DNA from: the human T2T-CHM13v2.0 reference genome, Homo sapiens
Strand: one strand, 5' to 3'
NCBI RefSeq assembly: GCF_009914755.1
Contig: NC_060936.1
DNA length: 64,000 nucleotides
Below are positions 54,342 to 64,000 of this stretch, in pieces. The position numbers and the translations under genes were made by a program. Below the pieces are notes generated by a model, which was given only the letters and a program-made list of their open reading frames with translations, did no database searches and was not told the DNA's origin. Each line of letters starts with the position of its first letter. Within the stretch, counting starts at the first letter, position 1.

Positions 54342-57300
54342 GTGAGGAAATCCCGTTTCCAACGAAGGCCTCAAAGAGGTCCAAATATCCACTTGCAGAC
54401 GTTACAAAGACAGTGTCTACAAACTCCTCCATCAAAAGAAAGGTTATACTCTGTGAATTGAACGCACACATCACAAAGTAGTTTCTGAGAATGATTCTGT
54501 CTAGTTTTTATACGAAGATATTTCCTTTTCTACATTTGGCCTAAAAGCGCTTGAAATCTCCACCTGCAAATATCACAAAAAGAGGGTTTCACATCTGCTC
54601 TGTCTAAAGGACAGTTCACCTCTGTGAGTTGAATAGAGGCAACACAAAGAACTTACTCAGTATTCTTCTTTCTAGCGTTCTATGAAGAAATCCCGTTTAC
54701 AACGAAGGCCTCAAAGAGGTCCAAATATCTGCTTGCAGACTTCACAGACAGAGTGTTTCCAAACTACTCTATGAAAAGAAAGCTTAAACTCCTTGAGTTG
54801 AAGGCACACATAACAAAGTAGTTTCTGAGAATGATTCTGTCTAGTTTTTATACGAAGATGTTTCCTTTTCTACATTTGGTCTCAAAGCGATTGAAATCTC
54901 CAACTGGAAACTGCACAAATAGGGTGTTTCAAATCTGCTCTTTCTAAAGGAAGGTTCAACTCTGTGAGTTGAATACACACACCACAAATAAGTTACTGAG
55001 AATTCTTCTGTAGAACATTACATGAAGAAATCCCGTTTCCAACGAAGGCCTCAAAGATGTTCAAATATCCACTTGCAGACATTACAAACAGTGTGTTTCC
55101 AAACTGCTCCATCAAAAGAAAGGTTAAACTCTGTGAGCTGAACACACACATCAAAAAGAAGATTCTGTGAATGATTCTGTCTAGATTTTATAAGAAGATG
55201 TTTCCTTTTCTACCGTAGGCCTCAAAGCGTTTGAAATCTCCAGCTGCAAATTCCACAAAAAGGGTGCTTAACATCTGCTCTTCTAAAGGAAAGTTCAACT
55301 CTATGAGTTGAATACACACAGGAAAAAAGAAGTTACTGAGACTTCTCCTATCAAACATTATATGAAGAAATCCCGTTTCCAACGAAGGCCTCAAAGAGGT
55401 CCAAATATCTGCTTGCAGACTTTACAGACAGAGTTTTTCCAAACTGCTCCATCAAAAGAAAGGTTAAATTCCTTGAGTTGAACACACACATCACAAAGTA
55501 GTTTCTGTGAATGATTCTGTCTAGTTTTTATACGAAGATGTTTCCTTTTCTACCTTTGGTCTCAATGCGATTGAAATCTCCACATGGAAACTCCACAAAA
55601 AGAGTGTTTCAAATCTGCTCTTTCTGAAGGAAGGTTCAAATCTGTGAGTTGAATACACACACCACTAATAAGTTACTGAGAATTCTTCTGTGTAACATTA
55701 TATGAGGAAATCCCGTTTCCAACGAAGGCCTCAAAGAGGTCCAAATATCCACTTGCAGACTTTACAAAGACAGTGTCTCCAAACTCCTCCATCAAAAGAA
55801 AGGTTATACTCTGTGAATTGAACGCACACATCACAAAGTAGTTTCTGAGAATGATTCTGTCTAGTTTTTATACGAAGATATTTCCTTTTCTACATTTGGC
55901 CTAAAAGCGCTTGAAATCTCCACCTGCAAATATCACAAAAAGAGGGTTTCACATCTGCTCTGTCTAAAGGACAGTTCACCTCTGTGAGTTGAATAGAGGC
56001 AACACAAAGAACTTACTCAGTATTCTTCTTTCTAGCGTTCTATGAAGAAATCCCGTTTCCAACGAAGGCCCCAAAGAGGTCCAAATATCTGCTTGCAGAC
56101 TTTACAGACAGAGTGTTTCCAAACTACTCTATGAAAAGAAAGCTTAAACTCCTTGAGTTGAACGCACACATCACAAAGTAGTTTCTGAGAATGATTCTGT
56201 CTAGTTTTTATACGAAGATGTTTCCTTTTCTACATTGGGTCTCAAAGCAATTGAAATCTCCAACTGGAAACTGCACAAATAGGGAGTTTCAAATCTGATC
56301 TGTCTAAAGGGAGGGTCAACTCTGTGAGTTGAATACACACACCACAAATAAGTTACTGAGAATTCTTCTGTCGAACATTACATGAAGAAATCCCGTTTCC
56401 AACGAAGACCTCAAAGAGGTCCAAATATCCACTTGCAGACATTACAGAGTCTTTCCAAACTGCTCCATCAAAAGAAAGGTTAAACTCTGTGAGCTGAACA
56501 CACACATCAAAAAGAAGTTTCTGTGAATGATTCTGTCTAGATTTTATAAGAAGATGTTTCCTTTTCTACCGTAGGCCACAAAGCGCTTGAAATCTCCAGC
56601 TGCAAATTCCACAAAAAGGGTGTTTAACATCTGCTCTTCTAAAGGAAAGTTCAACTCTATGCGTTGAATACACACAGCACAAAGAAGTTACTGAGACTTC
56701 TCCTATCAAACATTATATGAAGAAATCCCGTTTCCAACGAAGGCCTCAAAGAGGTCCAAATATCTGCTTGCAGACTTTACAGACAGACTTTTTCCAAACT
56801 GCTCCATCAAAAGAAAGGTTAAACTCCTTGAGTTGAACACACACATCACAAAGTAGTTTCTGTGAATGATTCTGTCTAGTTTTTATACGAAGATGTTTCC
56901 TTTTCTACCTTTGGTCTCAAAGCGATTGAAATCTCCACATGGAAACTCCACAAAAAGAGTGTTTCAAATCTGCTCTTTCTGAAGGAAGGTTCAACTCTGT
57001 GAGTTGAATACACACACCACAAATAAGTTACTGAGAATTCTTCTGTGTAACATTATATGAGGAAATCCCGTTTCCAACGAAGGCCTCAAAGAGGTCCAAA
57101 TATCCACTTGCAGACTTTACAAAGACAGTGTCTCCAAACTCCTCCATCAAAAGAAAGGTTATACTCTGTGAATTGAACGCACACATCACAAAGTAGTTTC
57201 TGAGAATGATTCTGTCTAGTTTTTATACGAAGATATTTCCTTTTCTACATTTGGCCTAAAAGCGCTTGAAATCTCCACCTGCAAATATCACAAAAAGAGG

Positions 57301-60300
57301 GTTTCACATCTGCTCTGTCTAAAGGACAGTTCACCTCTGTGAGTTGAATAGAGGCAACACAAAGAACTTACTCAGTATTCTTCTTTCTAGCGTTCTATGA
57401 AGAAATCCCGTTTCCAAAGAAGGCCCCAAAGAGGTCCAAATATCCGCTTGCAGACTTTACAGACAGAGTGTTTCCAAACTGCTCCATCAAAAGAAAGGTT
57501 AAACTCCTTGAGTTGAACACACACATCACAAAGTAGTTTCTGTGAATGATTCTGTCTAGTTTTTATACGAAGATGTTTCCTTTTCTACCTTTGGTCTCAA
57601 AGCGATTGAAATCTCCACATGGAAACTCCACAAAAAGAGTGTTTCAAATCTGCTCTTTCTGAAGGAAGGTTCAACTCTGTGAGTTGAATACACACATCAC
57701 AAATAAGTTAATGAGAATTCTTCTGTGTAACATTATATGAGGAAATCCCGTTTCCAACGAAGGCCTCAAAGAGGTCCAAATATCCACATGCAGAATTTAC
57801 AAAGACAGTGTCTCCAAACTCCTCCATCAAAAGAAAGGTTATACTCTGTGAATTGAACGCACACATCACAAAGTAGTTTCTGAGAATGATTCTGTCTAGT
57901 TTTTATACGAAGATATTTCCTTTTCTACATTTGGCCTAAAAGCGCTTGAAATCTCCACCTGCAAATATCACAAAAAGAGGGTTTCACATCTGCTCTGTCT
58001 AAAGGACAGTTCACCTCTGTGAGTTGAATAGAGGCAACACAATGAACTTACTCAGTATTCTTCTTTCTAGCGTTCTATGAAGAAATCCCGTTTCCAACGA
58101 AGGCCTCAATGAGGTCCAAATATCTGCTTGCAGACTTTACAGACAGAGTGTTTCCAAACTACTCTATGAAAAGAAAGCTTAAACTCCTTGAGTTGAACGC
58201 ACACATCACAAAGTAGTTTCTGAGAATGATTCTGTCTAGTTTTTATACGAAGATGTTTCCTTTTCTACATTTGGTCTCAAAGCGATTGAAATCTCCAACT
58301 GGAAACTGCACAAATAGGGTGTTTCAAATCTGCTCTGTCTAAAGGAAGGTTCAACTCTGTGAGTTGAATACACACACCACACATAAGTTACTGAGAATTC
58401 TTCTGTCGAACATTACAGGAAGAAATCCCGTTTCCAACGAAGGCCTCAAAGAGGTCCAAATATCCACTTGCAGACATTACAAACAGAGTGTTTCCAAACT
58501 GCTCCATCAAAAGAAAGGTTAAACTCTGTGAGCTGAACACACACATCAAAAAGAAGTTTCTGTGAATGATTCTGTCTAGATTTTATAAGAAGATGTTTCC
58601 TTTTCTACCGTAGGCCTCAAAGCGCTTGAAATCTCCAGCTGCAAATTCCACAAAAAGGGTCATTAACATCTGCTCTTCTAAAGGAAAGTTCAACTCTATG
58701 AGTTGAATACACACAGCACAAAGAAGTTACTGAGACTTCTCCTATCAAACATTATATGAAGAAATCCCGTTTCCAACGAAGGCCTCAAAGAGGTCCAAAT
58801 ATCTGCTTGCAGACTTTACAGACAGAGTGTTTCCAAACTGCTCCATCAAAAGAAAGGATAAACTCCTTGAGTTGAACACACACATCACAAAGTAGTTTCT
58901 GTGAATGATTCTGTCTAGTTTTTATACGAAGATGTTTCCTTTTCTACCTTTGGTCTCAAAGCGATTGAAATCTCCACATGGAAACTCCACAAAAAGAGTG
59001 TTTCAAATCTGCTCTTTCTGAAGGAAGGTTCAACTCTGTGAGTTGAATACACACACCACAAATAAGTTACTGAGAATTCTTCTGTGTAACATTATATGAG
59101 GAAATCCCGTTTCCAACGAAGGCCACAAAGAGGTCCAAATATCCACTTGCAGACTTTACAAAGACAGTGTCTCCAAACTCCTCCATCAAAAGAAAGGTTA
59201 TACTCTGTGAATTGAACGCACACATCACAAAGTAGTTTCTGAGAATGATTCTGTCTAGTTTTTATAAGAAGATATTTCCTTTTCTACATTTGGCCTAAAA
59301 GCGCTTGAAATCTCCACCTGCAAATATCACAAAAAGAGGGTTTCACATCTGCTCTGTCTAAAGGACAGTTCACCTCTGTGAGTTGAATAGAGGCAACACA
59401 AAGAACTTACTCAGTATTCTTCTTTCTAGCGTTCTATGAAGAAATCCCGTTTCCAATGAAGACCCCAATGAGGTCCAAATATCTGCTTGCAGACTTTACA
59501 GACAGAGTGTTTCCAAACTACTCTATGAAAAGAAAGCTTAAACTCCTTGAGTTGAACGCACACATCACCAAGTAGTTTTTGAGAATGATGCTGTCTAGTT
59601 TTTGTACGAAGATGTTTCCTTTTCTACATTTGGTCTCAAAGCGATTGAAATCTCCAACTGGAAACTGCACAAATAGGGTGTTTCAAATCTGCTCTGTCTA
59701 AAGGAAGGTTCAACTCTGTGAGTTGAATACACACACCACAAATAAGTTACTGAGAATTCTTCTGTCGAACATTACAGGAAGAAATCCCTTTTCCAACGAA
59801 GGCCTCAAAGAGGTCCAAATATCCACTTGCAGACATTACAAACAGAGTGTTTCCAAACTGCTCCATCAAAAGAAAGGTTAAACTCTGTGAGCTGAACACA
59901 CACATCAAAAAGAAGTTTCTGTGAATGATTCTGTCTAGATTTTATAAGAAGATGTTTCCTTTTCTACCGTAGGCCTCAAAGCGCTTGTAATCTCCAGCTG
60001 CAAATTCCACAAAAAGGGTGTTTAACATCTGCTCTTCTAAAGGAAAGTTCAACTCTATGAGTTGAATACACACAGCACAAAGAAGTTACTGAGACTTCTC
60101 CTATCAAACATTATATGAAGAAATCCCGTTTCCAACGAAGGCCTCAAAGAGGTCCAAATATCCACTTGCAGACATTACAAACAGAGTGTTTCCAAACTGC
60201 TCCATCAAAAGAAAGGTTAAACTCTGTGAGCTGAACACACACATCAAAAAGAAGTTTCTGTGAATGATTCTGTCTAGATTTTGTAAGAAGATGTTTCCTT

Positions 60301-61473
60301 TTCTACCGTAGGCCTCAAAGCGCTTGAAATCTCCACCTGCAAATTCCACAAAAAGGGTGTTTTACATCTGCTCTTCTAAAGGAAAGTTCAACTCTATGCG
60401 TTGAATACACACAGGACAAAGAAGTTACTGAGACTTCTCCTATCAAACATTATATGAAGAAATCCCGTTTCCAACGAAGGCCTCAAAGAGGTCCAAATAT
60501 CTGCTTGCAGACTTTACAGACAGAGTGTTTCCAAACTGCTCCATCAAAAGAAAGGTTAAACTCCTTGAGTTGAACACACACATCACAAAGTAGTTTTTGT
60601 GAATGATTCTGTCTAGTTTTTATACGAAGATGTTTCCTTTTCTACCTTTGGTCTCAAAGCGATTGAAATCTCCACTTGGAAACTCCACAAAAAGAGTGTT
60701 TCAAATCTGCTCTTTCTGAAGGAAGGTTCAACTCTGTGAGTTGAATACACACACCACAAATAAGTTACTGAGAATTCTTCTGTGTAACATTATATGAGGA
60801 AATCCCGTTTCCAACGAAGGCCTCAAAGAGGTCCAAATATCCACTTGCAGACTTTACAAAGACAGTGTCTCCAAACTCCTCCATCAAAAGAAAGGTTATA
60901 CTCTGTGAATTGAACGCACACATCACAAAGTAGTTTCTGAGAATGATTCTGTCTAGTTTTTATACGAAGATATTTCCTTTTCTACATTTGGCCTAAAAGC
61001 GCTTGAAATCTCCACCTGCAAATATCACAAAAAGAGGGTTTCACATCTGCTCTGTCTAAAGGACAGTTCACCTCTGTGAGTTGAATAGAGGCAACACAAA
61101 GAACTTAGTCAGTATTCTTCTTTCTAGCGTTCTATGAAGAAATCCCGTTTCCAACGAAGGCCCCAATGAGGTCCAAATATCTGCTTGCAGACTTTACAGA
61201 CAGAGTGTTTCCAAACTACTCTATGAAAAGAAAGCTTAAACTCCTTGAGTTGAACGCACACATCACAAAGTAGTTTCTGAGAATGATTCTGTCTAGTTTT
61301 TATACGAAGATGTTTCCTTTTCTACATTTGGTCTCAAAGCGATTGAAATCTCCAACTGGAAACTGCACAAATAGGGTGTTTCAAATCTGCTCTGTCTAAA
61401 GGAAGGTTCAACTCTGTGAGTTGAATACACACACCACAAATAAGTTACTGAGAATTCTTCTGTCAAACATTAC

Positions 61474-64000
61474 TTGAAGAAATCCCGTTTCCAACGAAGG
61501 CCTCAAAGAGGTCCAAATATCCACTTGCAGACATTACAAACAGAGTGTTTCCAAACTGCTCCATCAAAAGAAAGGTTAAACTCTGTGAGCTGAACACACA
61601 CATCAAAAAGAAGTTTCTGTGAATGATTCTGTCTGGATTTTATAAGAAGATGTTTCCTTTTCTACCGTAGGCCTCAAAGCGCTTGAAATCTCCAGCTGCA
61701 AATTCCACAAAAAGGGTGTTTAACATCTGCTCTTCTAAAGGAAAGTTCAACTCTATGCGTTGAATACACACAGCACAAAGAAGTTACTGAGACTTCTCCT
61801 ATCAAACATTATATGAAGAAATCCCGTTTCCAACGAAGGCCTCAAAGAGGTCCAAATATCTGCTTGCAGACTTTACAGACAGAGTGTTTCCAAACTGCTC
61901 CATCAAAAGAAAGGTTAAACTCCTTGAGTTGAACACACACATCACAAAGTAGTTTCTGTGAATGATTCTGTCTAGTTTTTATACGAAGATGTTTCCTTTT
62001 CTACCTTTGGTCTCAAAGCGATTGAAATCTCCACATGGAAACTCCACAAAAAGAGTGTTTCAAATCTGCTCTTTCTGAAGGAAGGTTCAACTCTGTGAGT
62101 TGAATACACACATCACAAATAAGTTAATGAGAATTCTTCTGTGTAACATTATATGAGGAAATCCCGTTTCCAACGAAGGCCTCAAAGAGGTCCAAATATC
62201 CACATGCAGACTTTACAAAGACAGTGTCTCCAAACTCCTCCATCAAAAGAAAGGTTATACTCTGTGAATTGAACGCACACATCACAAAGTAGTTTCTGAG
62301 AATGATTCTGTCTAGTTTTTATACGAAGATATTTCCTTTTCTACATTTGGCCTAAAAGCGCTTGAAATCTCCACCTGCAAATATCACAAAAAGAGGGTTT
62401 CACATCTGCTCTGTCTAAAGGACAGTTCACCTCTGTGAGTTGAATAGAGGCAACACAATGAACTTACTCAGTATTCTTCTTTCTAGCGTTCTATGAAGAA
62501 ATCCCGTTTCCAACGAAGGCCTCAATGAGGTCCAAATATCTGCTTGCAGACTTTACAGACAGAGTGTTTCCAAACTACTCTATGAAAAGAAAGCTTAAAC
62601 TCCTTGAGTTGAACGCACACATCACAAAGTAGTTTCTGAGAATGATTCTGTCTAGTTTTTATACGAAGATGTTTCCTTTTCTACATTTGGTCTCAAAGCG
62701 ATTGAAATCTCCAACTGGAAACTGCACAAATAGGGTGTTTCAAATCTGCTCTGTCTAAAGGAAGGTTCAACTCTGTGAGTTGAATACACACACCACAAAT
62801 AAGTTACTGAGAATTCTTCTGTCGAACATTACTTGAAGAAATCCCGTTTCCAACGAAGGCCTCAAAGAGGTCCAAATATCCACTTGCAGACATTACAAAC
62901 AGAGTGTTTCCAAACTGCTCCATCAAAAGAAAGGTTAAACTCTGTGAGCTGAACACACACATCAAAAAGAAGTTTCTGTGAATGATTCTGTCTGGATTTT
63001 ATAAGAAGATGTTTCCTTTTCTACCGTAGGCCTCAAAGCGCTTGAAATCTCCAGCTGCAAATTCCACAAAAAGGGTGTTTAACATCTGCTCTTCTAAAGG
63101 AAAGTTCAACTCTATGCGTTGAATACACACAGCACAAAGAAGTTACTGAGACTTCTCCTATCAAACATTATATGAAGAAATCCCGTTTCCAACGAAGGCC
63201 TCAAAGAGGTCCAAATATCTGCTTGCAGACTTTACAGACAGAGTGTTTCCAAACTGCTCCATCAAAAGAAAGGTTAAACTCCTTGAGTTGAACACACACA
63301 TCACAAAGTAGTTTCTGTGAATGATTCTGTCTAGTTTTTATACGAAGATGTTTCCTTTTCTACCTTTGGTCTCAAAGCGATTGAAATCTCCACATGGAAA
63401 CTCCACAAAAAGAGTGTTTCAAATCTGCTCTTTCTGAAGGAAGGTTCAACTCTGTGAGTTGAATACACACATCACAAATAAGTTAATGAGAATTCTTCTG
63501 TGTAACATTATATGAGCAAATCCCGTTTCCAACGAAGGCCTCAAAGAGGTCCAAATATCCACATGCAGACTTTACAAAGACAGTGTCTCCAAACTCCTCC
63601 ATCAAAAGAAAGGTTATACTCTGTGAATTGAACGCACACATCACAAAGTAGTTTCTGAGAATGATTCTGTCTAGTTTTTATACGAAGATATTTCCTTTTC
63701 TACATTTGGCCTAAAAGCGCTTGAAATCTCCACCTGCAAATATCACAAAAAGAGGGTTTCACATCTGCTCTGTCTAAAGGACAGTTCACCTCTGTGAGTT
63801 GAATAGAGGCAACACAATGAACTTACTCAGTATTCTTCTTTCTAGCATTCTATGAAGAAATCCCGTTTCCAACGAAGGCCTCAATGAGGTCCAAATATCT
63901 GCTTGCAGACTTTACAGACAGAGTGTTTCCAAACTACTCTATGAAAAGAAAGCTTAAACTCCTTGAGTTGAACGCACACATCACAAAGTAGTTTCTGAGA
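61474..64000 (-). repeat. Recent single-HOR tandem duplication (1359-bp period; second copy truncated by the window end)
   Basis: Variants tctggatttt, catcacaaataagttaatga, atccacatgcag, cacaatgaactt and ctcaatgagg recur 1359 bp apart. Confidence 0.85.

Larger units (their letters stand above)
1..64000 (-). repeat. Alpha-satellite (alphoid) centromeric higher-order repeat array, SF1-type dimeric organisation, uninterrupted and unidirectional
   Basis: Continuous ~170-bp monomers arranged as ~340-bp dimers throughout. Canonical alphoid motifs on the minus strand (CTTCGTTGGAAACGGGA; ACTAGACAGAATCATTCTCAGAAACT; TTCAACTCACAGAGTTGAAC). No non-alphoid sequence seen. Confidence 0.99.

Noticed and set aside
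53652-60349. 68-81 aa minus-strand ORFs (MEFAGGDF..., MRPSLETG...)
   Set aside because: Chance open frames in dimer B variants caused by point changes or an indel; not credible genes.
1-64000. CRISPR-like appearance: a conserved ~45-bp motif (gaaatcccgtttccaacgaaggcctcaaagaggtccaaatatc) at regular spacing
   Set aside because: The intervening ~295 bp are homologous alphoid sequence, not unique spacers. There are no cas genes, and the motif is the CENP-B box region.
1-64000. Possible L1/Alu insertion, inversion or non-satellite island
   Set aside because: Dimer phasing is continuous from base 1 to 64000 in one orientation; no poly-A tail, target-site duplication or foreign sequence seen.
1-64000. 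Idea that the A/B/C/D dimer order encodes information or a novel system
   Set aside because: The order is fully accounted for by nested duplications and deletions of the 8-mer; nothing in the sequence supports a coding function.

Overview
The whole 64 kb window is primate, most likely human, centromeric alpha-satellite DNA. It is an uninterrupted head-to-tail array of ~170-bp monomers in one orientation, with the conventional consensus and CENP-B box reading on the minus strand. Monomers form ~340-bp dimers of suprachromosomal family 1 type, with a CENP-B box in every second monomer. Four dimer types, here called A, B, C and D, make up a 1359-bp 8-mer higher-order repeat (HOR) with one HindIII and one PvuII site, most consistent with the chromosome 12 array D12Z3 (recalled from knowledge, not searched). 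I see no protein-coding genes, RNA genes, transposon insertions, inversions or CRISPR arrays; the listed ORFs are chance products of the satellite. I see no novel gene system. What is interesting is the array's internal history, which I read by eye from dimer order and shared variants. (i) 1-35.3 kb is rich in structural HOR variants (2-, 4-, 6-, 10- and 12-mers) with nested tandem duplications of ~2.0, 8.8 and 10.5 kb. (ii) 35.3-53 kb holds 13 canonical 8-mers with a hidden 3-HOR periodicity. (iii) The last part has a 6.45-kb-spaced duplication and a locally divergent patch. (iv) Every rearrangement junction I could map falls within ~90 bp of a CENP-B box.
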